From contig CP089277.1 of the NCBI GenBank assembly GCA_023920165.1, positions 2,728,001 through 2,792,000 on the forward strand: a DNA stretch of 64,000 nucleotides. Reading direction: 5' to 3'. A program made the translations under genes and the position numbers. This document shows, in pieces, positions 1 through 12,215 of this stretch (positions are counted from its first letter, which is position 1; each line of letters starts with the position of its first letter). The DNA is from Curvularia clavata. Its lineage: Eukaryota. The notes under the pieces were generated by a model, which worked only from the letters and a program-made list of their open reading frames with translations, was not told the DNA's origin and made no database searches.

Positions 1-445
1 GTGGAGGGGGATTTGGTGGCAGCGCGGGTATCTCGGCGGGCTGTTGTGCTGGTAGCTGCACAGCTGATTGTTGTTTCAAATACCAGGGAACGGAGGCACC
101 GTGAGTCGGAGATTGCGGAGCGGAGTGGGTGCTTTCGGTCGTGGCCTCTGGCGTACTATTTTCTACATGCTTGACGGAGATTGCGGCGGGATCTTTTGAT
201 TCGGGATCGGTAGTAGCGTGGGTATCATTGTCGCGAAGGAAGGTAAACTCTGGGTCTTCGTTCGAGGGGTTGTCTTTTTGCAGTTCTCGAGATGTGCTCG
301 TGCTGAAGGCGCATCGTGAAAGTCTCAGAGGCGAGGGCTGGGATGGTATGCGTCGAGGTCTTGGTAATGTTACCGATGGACGCGCATTGATTTTGAGACA
401 GGAACTGCAGATTGATCTCGAAGGGACAGCTCTTGAAAACGACAT
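1..445 (-). CDS. ATP25: Mitochondrial ATPase synthesis protein 25, 5' part (runs off window edge)
   Basis: Manual translation from ATG at 445: MSFSRAVPSRSICSSCLK... (Arg/Ser-rich presequence)...SVPWYLKQQ...AEIPALPPNPPP, open to position 1. PWYL and IPxLPxNPPP are typical of fungal Atp25 N-termini. Not in the ORF track because there is no stop in the window. Confidence 0.7.
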   Translation of the reverse strand, partial: MSFSRAVPSRSICSSCLKINARPSVTLPRPRRIPSQPSPLRLSRCAFSTSTSRELQKDNPSNEDPEFTFLRDNDTHATTDPESKDPAAISVKHVENSTPEATTESTHSAPQSPTHGASVPWYLKQQSAVQLPAQQPAEIPALPPNPPP

Positions 446-995
446 GTTGAGGTACGATTCGGTGTCGTTGCGCGAGTAGTATCAAAGTTCGCACATTTCT
501 TAATGACATCGGTCTTTTGCGGACCCCTGCTAGCGTACGGAGCAAATATTTGGTGCGAGGCTGCGGCGGCTGGGTCACTGCTGGGTACAGTATATACTGT
601 GCATATTGGAATATGTGAAGCAGCACGGTCTTGTTGCATCAACCCAGCAGCGAATATCCAAGAATGCCACCAAATTGCCCTCACAACTTCAAACGTCGGA
701 ATATTGCAATTGGAGAATGCTCTTCTCCGATGCATTTTACTGGATGGTGGCAAGCGCCACACTAAGCTACACACGTGACGATAAGACCCTTATCAAACAC
801 GCGCCAGAAGCGGGCAGGAAATTTTGGCGGGGTCCGAATGGAGGGTGAATTTCCAAGCATTTTCGCCACACTTTTCGACTCATAATCACTACACGCCTTT
901 CTGTCTGTTTTATAACCGGACTGTTTTCCCTCTGAAGACGTTGAGGGACCCGAATCAACACGACTAGACAACCACTCGCGGAACCCATCGCCCAA

Positions 996-2540
996 ATGGA
1001 CGGCACAATGGCGGATGCTCAGCGCTCCTTTGCGCCCGAGCCCAAGAACGCAGCCACGATTCTCTGCGCTGACTGTGGCGCCCCCGTCGACGGCACACTC
1101 TCCGGAGCCTTCTGCTACGACTGCATAAAACTCAAGACCGATGTCACTGGCGGCATTCAGCGTGAAGCAATTCTGCTCATGTGCCGTGACTGCGACCGAT
1201 GGCTTTCCCCACCTTCGACCTGGGTGGTTGCCCCTCCAGAGTCGCGCGAACTGCTCGCTCTGTGCCTTAGGAAATTGCGTGGACTGAACAAGTTGAGGAT
1301 TATCGATGCGGGTTTCATCTGGACCGAGCCCCATAGCAGGAGGATAAAGGTCAAGATCACAGTGCAGTCGGAACTGAACGAGGGTGCCATTATGCAGCAG
1401 ACCTTCGAGGTCGAGTACACACAAAACTACAACCAGTGCCCTGACTGCGCAAAGAGCTACACGCACAACACATGGAGGGCTTGTGTACAGGTACGACAAA
1501 AGGTGCCGCACAAGAGGACCTTTTTGTACCTGGAGCAGCTGATCCTCAAGCATGGCGCACACAAAGACACCATCAATATCAAAGAAGTACATGACGGCAT
1601 TGACTTCTTCTTCGCGCAGAGAAACCACGCGGTGGCCTTTTGCGACTTTTTGAAGGCCGTCATCCCAGTCAACATCAAGAGGTCTGAGGAACTAATCTCA
1701 CACGACATCCACACCTCGACCAAGAACTACAAGTTTTCTTTCTCGTGCGAGATTGTGCCCATCTGTAAAGATGACCTTGTGGTGCTTCCTATTCCGTTGG
1801 CCAAGAAGATTGGCAACATCTCCCCTCTTACACTCTGCTCCCGCATTGGCACCTCCGTTCAGCTGCTCGACCCCGCAACACTGCAGACTGCCGATGTTGC
1901 CACAGATATCTATTGGCGGACGCCATTCCGCCCACTGGCGGACGTGCAGGAGCTGACTGAGTTCATCGTCCTGGATATCGAGCCTCTGGGCAAGCAATCG
2001 GGCCGCCACTTCCTAGCTGAAGCAACCGTAGCTCGCGCATCTGACATGGGCGCCAATGACACAACATACTACTGCCGAACGCATCTTGGAGGCATTCTCC
2101 ATGTTGGCGACTCAGTAATGGGCTACCTGCTTGCTAATACAAACTTCAACAACGAGCTGTTTGATGTGCTTGAGCAGAACAACAAATATGCGTCGGCGAT
2201 TCCGGATGTTGTGCTTGTTAAGAAGTTCTACCAGCGATCGAGGAAGAGCAAGAACAAGCGCAACTGGCGCGTCAAGCGCTTGAACAAGGACGAGGGCGAG
2301 ATGCTGCCTCGCAAGCAGGATCAGGAGAAGATGGAGCGCGACTTTGAGATGTTCTTGCAGGATGTCGAGGAGGATCAGGAGCTGCGACAGACAATGGCCC
2401 TGTATAAGGCTCAGCAGCAGCAACGGGACACCGACGCGATGGAGACGGAAAGTAGTCTCGGCGACGACGAAGACGAAGGCATCCAGATTCCAATGGATCA
2501 GCTGCTGGATGACTTTGAGGACATGAAAATGGAGGACTAG
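996..2540 (+). CDS. NMD3: 60S ribosomal export protein Nmd3
   Basis: Intronless 514-aa ORF. Zn knuckles CADCG/CYDC/CRDC/CPDC; motifs WTEPHSRRIKVK and VQVRQKVPHKRTFLYLEQLILKH; acidic C-terminus with NES-like LLDDFEDMKM. Confidence 0.97.
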   Translation: MDGTMADAQRSFAPEPKNAATILCADCGAPVDGTLSGAFCYDCIKLKTDVTGGIQREAILLMCRDCDRWLSPPSTWVVAPPESRELLALCLRKLRGLNKLRIIDAGFIWTEPHSRRIKVKITVQSELNEGAIMQQTFEVEYTQNYNQCPDCAKSYTHNTWRACVQVRQKVPHKRTFLYLEQLILKHGAHKDTINIKEVHDGIDFFFAQRNHAVAFCDFLKAVIPVNIKRSEELISHDIHTSTKNYKFSFSCEIVPICKDDLVVLPIPLAKKIGNISPLTLCSRIGTSVQLLDPATLQTADVATDIYWRTPFRPLADVQELTEFIVLDIEPLGKQSGRHFLAEATVARASDMGANDTTYYCRTHLGGILHVGDSVMGYLLANTNFNNELFDVLEQNNKYASAIPDVVLVKKFYQRSRKSKNKRNWRVKRLNKDEGEMLPRKQDQEKMERDFEMFLQDVEEDQELRQTMALYKAQQQQRDTDAMETESSLGDDEDEGIQIPMDQLLDDFEDMKMED

Positions 2541-3848
2541 AGGCGCAAATCCTCAGGGGTTTGCACATCCTCAGGGGTGGACCAGACGATCATCCTGGCG
2601 TTATCTCGATGCATTTCAAGGCGTTTGTTGGTTGTGGGAAAAGTAGGGTACGTACTGGCGCTTTGCCAAGGATCGGAAAATTCCAGAAAGCCGTGGCTGT
2701 GAAATTGAGATGGGCCTAGTAGACGGGCTTGATTCCCTAGTATGTGTGTATGCATCCACTATTTGCCGCCAGTCTGTGCGAAAACGACGCGGCCCCCCAA
2801 TCGCGCCATCTCTTGACTCGACTGGCAGCAACGTGCTTGTCATATCATTGCAAGACCCAAAAAGGAAGTTAACGGCAAACGTGTGTGGATTGAGGCGTCG
2901 GTCTGGGCGTGGCTGCGAGTCATGACCTCGGTACGTACCATGTCATGTGACGGCCATTTTGCTCAAAATATGGCGTCGAGGAGTATACCTTTGGCCCATG
3001 ATGATGACCAAAAGCCACATTCTTACGGTGTAGTGGTATGTAGTAATACAAGATATGCAGCCTGCACATCTCCACGTGGATCGGTCCTTCACATGTGCGC
3101 TTTCAGCAAAGCTCAAACTATGTCATGTATCGGCGAAAAACTAGTGGCGTAAAATGTGAAGCCACCGTCAGTCTGGTATCGTGCTAACAGCTTGACAGCG
3201 GCTGAGACCCTTGGCAACCATGCGGGCATTTTGTCGCGTCTGCCGGCATTGTCGTGAAGGGAACTGCCAGTTTGCTCTGCAAAGAATTGGAGACAGTTCT
3301 AGAAGGACCAATTGACTGGATAGCAATATCGACCAGAAGACAGTCGTAAAGTAGTTGTTCAGATCTGTGAGCTAAGACCCTGGCCCTCTAAGGATACGAG
3401 TGAGATCTAGGCTTACAGTATCTACATTGCATGGTCATGTGCACGTCGCACCATTGCGGCAACAGCACCCTTGCTAGGCAAGCCATCCCGGTCCGGCTTC
3501 ACAAAGTTCGCCTGTGCCTGTTGCGTGCATGCCGAACGGCCTGGGGGAATTACGAAGGATCTTCAGATCGCAGGCCAGTACCATGGCATCCTTCTCTTTC
3601 TTGCAGTACTCAAGAGTCAGTGCCATCTTACCATCCTACTCGTGCCCTGGGGGATATATGCATGTCATCGGCAAACTTTGCACGAAGACTGGTTCCTCTG
3701 CAAGTCTAATATCCAGCGCCTGGTGCTGCGTAACGAAAAAGCGACATCACTGATGACAATTGCTCCACCTTCGGTCCCAAACCTCGAGTAGCGCACCTAC
3801 TGCTACATAGCAGCCTTATCTTTACGACTACACGTCGCTCCGACTGGC

Positions 3849-5232
3849 ATGGCTGGGCAGGCATCCGCCTCGTCTGATGAATTCACGGCCGTCATCGGGC
3901 TGTTGCTGCAAAACCCTCCAGATCCAAACGAACCTGCTCCTGTGTGGAACCGAAAAGGAACCGTCTATGGCATCACTATCACCCTACAGGTATATTCACC
4001 ATCCAACACGATCGACTGATCGTCCAGCTCACAGCTACAGGTGCTCTCATGGCTTTTCGTCGCTACCCGCCTCCACACGCGGATAAGAGTAGTCCGCGAA
4101 CCTGGTCTAGATGATGTCTTCGTCGTGTTGGCAGCTCTATTTAACCTCGTATCCCTCATCGCCTTTCTCTGCAGTATGTAGTTCCCCGCTACTTATCTCC
4201 AATGACGTCCCTAACCATTGTTCCAAAGGCATGAACTATGGCATGGGCCATCACATCATCTATATCTTCCCAGTACTGGAAAAAACCATGATGTTCCTTT
4301 ACCTAACCAATGCCGGATACCACACCACCACGGTTATGATCAAGATTTCTCTTCTCTTGCAGTATTTGAGAATGTTCCGCAATGGCACTCGTCGCATCGT
4401 TTCCATCGTCCTCCTCGGTGTAGTCGTGGTCTGGGGCCTAGTTTTCATCTTCATGGCTTGGTTTCCCTGCTTTCCCGTCGCTGGGTTTTGGAACAAGACT
4501 TTGGGCGCAAAGTGTTACGGCTTTGGATACCGTACTGCCGACGAGGCCAAGATCTCGGTTCTTGCGTTTGCGGGGTCAAACATGATGTTTGATATTGCCG
4601 TCTTTGCTATTCCGCTCACGGAGTACTTCAGAAAAGATCTCAGGCGCAAGGAGCTGATGGCAATGACGGGTCTGTTCACTTTTGGTGCTATGTGAGTCCC
4701 CCTTGTTTGGACTTTGTAGATGCCAGCTAACAGAAATAGTGCTGTTTTGATGGCTATTCTCCGCCTGTGGACTACCTTTAGGCACAACAAGGAGTCGCTT
4801 CAGAGTTTCGACTTTGTATTGTAAGTTTCGCTCCATCGCTTCTAAACTTGTCTTTGGCTGACAAAGTGATCGCACAGCTGGTACCCCGAAGTCCTCATCA
4901 TATCCTTCCTCGAAGTCAGCTTCGCCATCATGTGCGCCTCGATGCCCATCTTCTGGCCTACCATTGTCGCCTCCTTCGGCCAGATCTTCGTCACCAACGA
5001 AGTCCGCGTCACATCACACGAGCGCCTTGGAAGCGACAGCCAAGAGAATATTGAATTGCGGAGAGCAAGTACGACTAAGAGTATAGAGAGTGCGAAGGGG
5101 TTGACGAGAGTCGAGAGCGAAGAGCGCGATCCGTTTGATAATGTGTATATTACGAAGCCGGCCAGGGGCGATATTTATGCGACTAGGCAGGTCGAGGTAC
5201 AGCCGCTGGCGCAAAAGCCGAGGCAGTTGTGA
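3849..5232 (+). CDS. PTH11-like (fungal rhodopsin-family) integral membrane protein, 5 exons, no CFEM domain
   Basis: Spliced reading MAGQASAS...ITLQ|VLSWLFVATRLHTRIRVVREPGLDD...|GMNYGMGHH...IKISLLLQYLRMF...CFPVAGFW...|...ILRL...|WYPEVLIISFLEVSFAIMCASMP. All four introns are GT-AG. Confidence 0.85.
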
Positions 5233-6137
5233 GAGTAAGAGATGAATAAAATTTACTGGGGTTTTGGGCCCAATTATTGTTTTATGCTGGTTTCAGAGAT
5301 CCTTTGGAGGCGATGAAGACTAAGATACCCACCTTGTAGCTTGTTGTTTATAATGAGTGTTGAACACAAAAGGACAATGAAGAGTCTGATAGAGGATGTT
5401 TAAGGTGTGTTCCTGGTATAACCTCCATTCAGCATCATCCTCTCTTCTTTTTTCTTCTACACCGTCTGGAATCTCAATACCACGGTGTTTGTTTTCTCTT
5501 ACTAAAAATGATACGCTATTCTTCATGAATAAATGCCAGTTATCATAGGTTTGTATATAGTAAGAAAGTTAAGAAAAAAGTGACGAGCCAAGTCGGATCG
5601 GCACAAAAGATTGAGCTACGTTTCTCGCAGTCGTCCGGTTCTGGGCGTGTTCGGCGGGGCAGTTCTGTTCTTGCATTAGCTGTATGCAGGTAGAATCACA
5701 CCCTTCGCAGGACAACAACCATCGGCCGAACGAAACCTTTGTCTCTGGGATATCAAACTGGTCGATTTACGTCTTTACTGTACATATTGTCAACGGCAAC
5801 CTCGTGATGTATTAAACAAAAACCAAAATTCTGGCGTCTTAGGGAAAAGAGCTCTTTAGTGTACCTAGCCAGAAGCTGCGCATCCATGTAGGTAGGCTAA
5901 ACTGCCGTGTAACCATACTGCATACATAATGCATCTTTAGATTACCTTGATTGGTTGTTTCTAGATCACAAATTGGGTCTGCCTGAATCCTAACGATGAC
6001 CCTTACCACCGTGGGTAAATGCATTTATCATCCCATATATCACACTCACGGCCACTTCAACATCACTTCCCTTACTGGACTTCCCATTCTGTCAGTTGAT
6101 CGTTAGAAAAAGCCCTGTTGGGACACCGTTCCAATCA

Positions 6138-8005
6138 ATGGTGCTTTCAAAGTCGACCCTGGCCTTTTTTGCTGGGCTGGGCTTTGCACTCTCGACTAAT
6201 GCAGCGCAGTGTCGGACGCGCGATAGCAGTTTCGACTTTGTGCGTATTCTTGGAACCGCAACTGACAATATCATTTGACTCATACTCGTACTCAGATCAT
6301 AGTTGGAGGTGGCACAGCTGGTGTTTCGTTAGCCACACGGCTCAGTGAAGCCCTTCCAAAGAGTTGCATATTGGTGGTTGAAGCTGGACCAGATGGACGC
6401 GGTGAAGAAAAGATCTACATCCCCGGACTAAGAGGCTCAACCTTTGGATCTGCATATGACTGGAGTCTCCCGACAGTGCCTCAGACCGCAGCGAACAACC
6501 GAAGTATACGTCATAACCGTGGAAAGGTTCTTGGCGGTAGCTCTGCTCTCAATCTTCTTGCCTGGAACCGTGCTACTATCAAGGAATATGATGCTTGGGA
6601 GGAGCTTGGTAACCCAGGCTGGAGCTGGAGTAGAATGTACCCCGCCATGCTCAAAACTGAGAACTTTCAGTGCCAGAATGGCTCACCACAATATGGTGCG
6701 GATGGCATAGGCTATGGAGGTCCAGTTCAAGTTGCACTAATCGAGAATCCACCGCCCCATCTTGAGGCATGCGTTCCAACTATGAACAGCCTTGAAGTTG
6801 AAGGAAATCTCGAATCGTTGAACGGAAACAACTTAGGTGTCATGTATCAACCGGCGACGTATCGTGTGTCTAATCACACTCGATCCTACTCGGTGGACTA
6901 TCTCCCTATGGCAGGCGGAAATCTGATATTCATGTTCAACACTACTGTTCATAAGGTGCAACTCAACGGTAACGGGCCCAAAGCTACCGGTGTTATTCTT
7001 ACAGACGGTACCGCTATCAAAGCCTCCAAGGAGGTCATTGTCTCAGCCGGAAGCCTACTGTCCCCCAAGGTACTCGAACTATCCGGTATCGGCCAGAAAG
7101 CCATACTGGAAAAAGCTGGTATAAAGCAAGTTGTCGACCTCTCCGGTGTCGGCGAGAACCTCCAGGACCACCTCCGTATCCAAGCGACGTACGAGCTAAA
7201 GCCTAGTGTATTCGGTGTAGACATATTGAAGTACAATGCAACACGGGCTGCCATCGAGCTGGATTTGTGGAGGCAAAACAGGACTTCACTTTACCAATAT
7301 GCCGGTAGCTGCTATAGTTTCATCAAGTGGAAAGACGTGCTTGGTAGCGACGAGGAACTCGTTCAACTTGCTCGGTCATCCGCTAACATGTCCAATCCGA
7401 TAGACCAGAAAAAGCTCGCTCTCTTGGCTGATCCCAAATCCGGAGCTCCTGATCTGGAAATCATTTTTGCAGATGGGTACACGGGAACAAATGGCTACCC
7501 AAATAATGGGACCAATGGCTATGGGAAGCAATATGCTACACTTCTTGCAGGAGTTCAGCACCCACTCGCTAGAGGGTCCGTTCATATCAACGGCTCTGAT
7601 CCCGCTAATACGCCTTTAATCGATCCTAAGTACTTAGGCACACAGTACGATCTCCAGGCTCTTACCTCAGCAGCAAAGTATTTGCGAGAAGTGGCAAACA
7701 CAGCACCTTTCAAAGACCTCTGGGTGTCTGAATTTGATCCTGGGATGAGTACCCAAACGGACATGGAGTGGGAGACATATGTCAAAAATAACGTGTTTAC
7801 CTTCTATCACCCATTAGGAACTTGTGCAATGTTGCCGAAAAAGTACGGCGGTGTGGTGGATCCACAGCTTAGGGTGTACGGCGTGAAGAATCTGAGGGTT
7901 GTGGATGCGAGTGTCATCCCGATGATCATTTCTGCCCACATTCAGACTGCAGTATATGGAATTGCGGAGCGAGCAGCTGAGATGATAATAGCCGAGTATC
8001 GTTGA
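6138..8005 (+). CDS. Secreted GMC oxidoreductase (AA3_2, glucose dehydrogenase/aryl-alcohol oxidase-like)
   Basis: Signal peptide MVLSKSTLAFFAGLGFALS, one intron ~6240-6295, then IIVGGGTAG, GKVLGGSSALN, GVGENLQDH, YHPLGTC, LRVVDAS and AHIQ (His/His catalytic pair). Confidence 0.93.
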
Positions 8006-8613
8006 CAAACAGAGAAGATAAAGGCGCTATAGCTGTCTTAGGGCAATGATTGCATCACTTCGATACCAACTCGTAGCACGTCTTCTCAAATACAAGCGAA
8101 TTCAATCAAAGCCCTTTTTAGAATTACATGTGGCAATTTTGGTCCCCATAATTCCCCAATCGCAGCCAGGTATCACCTTTCAATTTTTTGACGCGGTAAA
8201 TTGAACGCCTGAACCGTATCCTCCCTGACCAGCGAATCATCGAAAAAAGTGCAAAAGAATTCTCCACGCCTGCTACATCACATCCAAAGGCGTACTTAAG
8301 GTATCCTGAATACTTCTCTTGAAGACCCCCGCAGCGCAAACTGCCCAGAATCCCATGAGATACCGGTGATCTCAAAGTGTTTTTATTTTTGCATATGTAT
8401 TTTTGGAATTTCGAAATGCATGCCGTGAGCACCGGAGCTGTGCAAACTTTTGGTATCTGAGACCGAGACGAGATATTCCGTTTAGGAAGACTAAGACTTC
8501 TTCTTGCCAGGTGCAGTATTGCCCTGGGGTGCAGGAAGATTCTCGTACCTACGGTCTACCATTTAAGTAAAGCGACATCAGTTATCGAGTAAGCAGAAAC
8601 TCCCATATCGTTC

Positions 8614-9213
8614 TTACTCACCGCACGTAAAACACTGATATGGTGTGCCGTGCTCGAGGCAGTAGCCCTCTCGACCGTACCAGTGCGGATAGCGACCCGA
8701 GGTCCTAGGAGGCATCACGGGAGGGCGAGCCTGCTGATGGTACATCGGATATGTCTGAAGCTGGGTGGTGACGCGCAGCTGGGCGATTGCACGCTGGTGG
8801 TGACTCATGGTAGTGATGATCTGAGTGTTGCACAAGCCCAGCATGCCCTCGGCGTCGTCTGGCTGGATGTCGACAGCACGCATTTGAAACGCGTTGTCTG
8901 CGTCCAGATGAAGGGTACGGAGGTTGGACAGCAGTGTCACCAGCTCCTTACGACGTACCGTCAGCAATTCCTTGTGCTGCTCGAGGTTTTCGACGCGCAC
9001 GACAAGGTCGGTGATCTTGACTTCCAGATTTTCCTTAAGCTTTGCGTTTTCGGACTCGAGGATGGCAATGCGTTCGGCCTGCTCGCGTTGAGTCTGCTGG
9101 ACAGCTCGGAGTTGAGCAGCGAAACCCAGGGGCACGCCGATGGCGAGTTGCTCCGGCTGAGGCATTCCAGTTGCTTCTACGGCACTCTCGTGGGAGGGCG
9201 TTGTGGATCCCAT
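8614..9213 (-). CDS. Hypothetical coiled-coil protein
   Basis: Open frame from ATG 9213 (MGSTTPSHES...) with a heptad-rich segment ERIAILESENAKLKENLE...LEQHKELL and a C-terminal CLEH...CFTC. No family recognised. Confidence 0.55.
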   Translation of the reverse strand: MGSTTPSHESAVEATGMPQPEQLAIGVPLGFAAQLRAVQQTQREQAERIAILESENAKLKENLEVKITDLVVRVENLEQHKELLTVRRKELVTLLSNLRTLHLDADNAFQMRAVDIQPDDAEGMLGLCNTQIITTMSHHQRAIAQLRVTTQLQTYPMYHQQARPPVMPPRTSGRYPHWYGREGYCLEHGTPYQCFTCGE

Positions 9214-9832
9214 GTCCGTTTTTATCTTGGAATCTTGAAGCAAACCTGAGTGTTTTCGTGCTTGTATACTCAATTTGTCGCCGAGAAGTATTGTCTTCGT
9301 AGTTGTTTCGTCAGTGACTCCGCGAAGAGTAGCGAATGAGCATACAGAAGAATTTGGGAGAAGATGAGATTGTTTTGATAGAGGAGCAATGAGTAGCGGG
9401 TGATGTGTTCGGCAAACCCAATTGGCTTCAGATGTAGGGAAATTATGTCATAACACTGGTGAGAAAGGATAGAGGAAACTAGCTTTAGGTCGCGCTAATG
9501 TAGCAAACAATGCTGCGTAGGCAAACAAGCCTGTCGGCTCGACTAGTCTAAGGTGCAAACGGAGTGGTGGGTCGCGCCACGTGGGCGCGTGTCGGATGTG
9601 TTTGCATAGCGTGGGGACTGCGGATGGAGGGGCGACGTTCTTTTTTGCAAATTCTAGAAGAATATTTTTGAGAGGGATCCATGGGCTTCAGTCGCTACTG
9701 GCCTTTCTCAGTCGAGTGAATAGGCATCAGTATCCTTACTACCAACAGATACATGTTCATTTCGTTTGCCATGTGCTATTATGCAACTATACACTCACAA
9801 AATGACAGTGATATATGAAGCCTTCCTCAAAT

Positions 9833-11333
9833 CTATTCCAAGAAGAAAGTCGTCAGACTCCTCGGCTTCACGCTCGCCAGGAACTTCTTCCCCTGAACCT
9901 GTACGGTACCCACCATTGTATTGTTATGGTCATTATCCGCCAGATACGCTGTTGCTTTTCCAAAAGCTTTGTGGTTACCGTTCAGACTCACCTCGACCTG
10001 CCTCTCAAAATGGGCTTCATTGATGACAGGAATAGCCAGCGTGCCATTGATATTCTCAAAGGCAGTCACTTTGAGGTTTTCGGCAGGGCTCTGTGCACCA
10101 ATACGGACAGATCCTGGGCGTGCAAAGCGGAAATAACCAGCAAAAGCCCAAAGACGGCGGGATACTTCAAAAGTATTTCCTTGAAGGCGGACCAGGATGG
10201 CATCGCTGCCTGAGGTGTTGCCGGGGTTGTCTTGAGCGCACCACCAGTGCAGATATCCGGATGTGTGACTGAGAACAAAGGCTTGGTGCCTGATGCTGTG
10301 TTAGCCTGCCCGCACTGCGTCACATAAGGGTTGTAACTTACATGTAGATAGCCCATTGTAGTCCCTCTGCGAGCTGTCCCGTAGTATCCCACGTGGTATT
10401 GAAGGTACCACTTCCATCGGACCACTCGGTCTCCAAGTTAGGCTGACCTTGTGTGTTGAAAGGCATCTCCGGCATACTTTGATAATTATGCCAAGTGGCG
10501 ACATCGTACAACTTCCCGCCACCAGCTTGTTCCAGCTCGTAAAGCATCGTACGTTGTTGGCGCGCACCTGTAGCGTCACAGCATCATACCTGCAGGTCTT
10601 TTCGGTACTTCTTGACGGTCGGGTACATGACCTCCAGGAAGTCCTTTGCTTCATATCCATCCGAATCCATGCTGGCGTAATATACCGGATTGAAGTCCGG
10701 CTCGTTGTAAGCACCAATCATGCTGACGTTGATGCCTTTCTCTTCGTACAGCTTGACATATTTCACTAAGTAATCGGCGTATGCTTGACGCCAATCATGA
10801 GTACAGTTGGTTCCACGTACGCCACAGATAAGACCACCGTTGGTATCTGTACCACCAGTCTTGAAGCATCCTGGAGCTGACCATGCATCGGCATAGATGA
10901 AAAGTTCTGGGTTGGCTTTTAGTGCTTGCTGAGACAGCTTCAGTTGACAGCTATCAGCAGTTGCATCGTTGGCCCCTAGACCGGTATAGTTGAATGTGGA
11001 GGATGGTGTCGTGGGACATGTTCCGAGTATGCCATCCGTAGGGCTTGACCCTACCCGATTTCGAAGAATCGAAAGGCCTCCGATGTTTTCACTGAATAGG
11101 TAGTCGCTGACTAGCTGTTGGTTCGAAGCTGAAAGACCTTTAGACCCGGTCTGATCGCATGCAACACCGAAGGCTCCTGAGCAGCCACCACCGATCATAG
11201 TCTGGTATCTGGTTGTCGCATCCACAGTGACTTTGACTGGAGGCTCTTTTTGGGTATACGCCCATGGTTGTGGAACCAATTGAGCGGTCGCGCCACCCAG
11301 TGCGATGAATGAAAGAAGAATAGACGTGGCCAT
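9833..11333 (-). pseudogene. GH30_7 xylanase (Trichoderma XYN IV-like) with a single in-frame TGA
   Basis: Signal peptide; YQTMIGGGCSGAFG, AWSAPG and NEPD (acid/base); TGA at 10584-10586; the same frame continues CCDATGARQ...WHNYQS...TEW (nucleophile). Intron 10341-10290. Exon 2 reads HWWC...SRRLWAFAGYFRFARPGSVR...LTTFFLE*. Confidence 0.85.
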
Positions 11334-12215
11334 TGCAGCTTTTGGATCGGATGAACATTCGCAGTGGATGGCGTGTTCACTACCTTTTATTCATTCTAAG
11401 TCCTCCCAGTCTCAGTTGCAGAACAGCAATGTTGGCTCTACATGACGAAACAATAATTTCCGAATGCATCAATTTATCCTGACACCGCGGAGAGTACGGA
11501 AGCTAGGATAAAGGGAGAATAGGTTTCCTCTCTTTCAGGCCGTGGACCTGCAGAGCCACTAAACATTCTCGGTAATCGTACGTTAGCGATCTACTAGTGT
11601 CAACCCCAGGGCCAAGCGCTTGGGTAAGATCTCATGAGGTGGGGCCGAAGTCAAGCTTTCTGCAGAATGATTAGCGGAAATGATCATTGAACAAGCATTC
11701 ACCGGCTATAACCCCATCTCCTCGTACCTATTAGCCGGCTGACTTCATCCGTCTGCTTGTCACTACACTGATGGAGGCTATCGTTGCGATATTTGAACCA
11801 GGTTACTGGAAAGTTTGCTTAAAGTGTTAATGCAATGACTGTTTGTCCTTCAATATCAAATCTGTAATTATCCAACCCGCTCTCTTCCCGTTGGCTGACA
11901 CAATGAGCGTAGCGCAATGACCCGCTATCTCCCAGCCTCAAGCTTTAACCCAAATCAACTAAGAACTTAGTTATATTGCTTTCGAAAGCTTAAAAGGAGA
12001 CGGGGTCGATGCTGTGGTAATGCGAACTATTCGCTAAGCTCTGCATCTATTAGCTGGAAACAACTAAATCGAAGAGTATCTCGGTATTCACAAGAAGTAG
12101 ATATCTCTCGGAAATACGCGTTAAAATGCGTCTTGCCGTTGTAAGTCTCTTGTGCTTGGAGCCATCAACTAAACCGAATGAATTCCCCGTCTATTTCCGT
12201 CTTTCTGAGGGTGTA

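Noticed and set aside
762..1628. Long antisense ORFs (also 8650-9249, 54319-54918, 55614-56183 and others)
   Set aside because: They are shadows of codon-biased genes on the opposite strand.
10584..10586. Selenocysteine recoding of the TGA next to the CC pair
   Set aside because: The homologous residue is Ser, Dikarya lack the Sec machinery, and no SECIS was recognised.
10568..10589. Micro-intron GTATGA...CTACAG that would remove the GH30 stop
   Set aside because: It is only 22 nt, not a multiple of 3, and would delete the conserved CCDAT residues.
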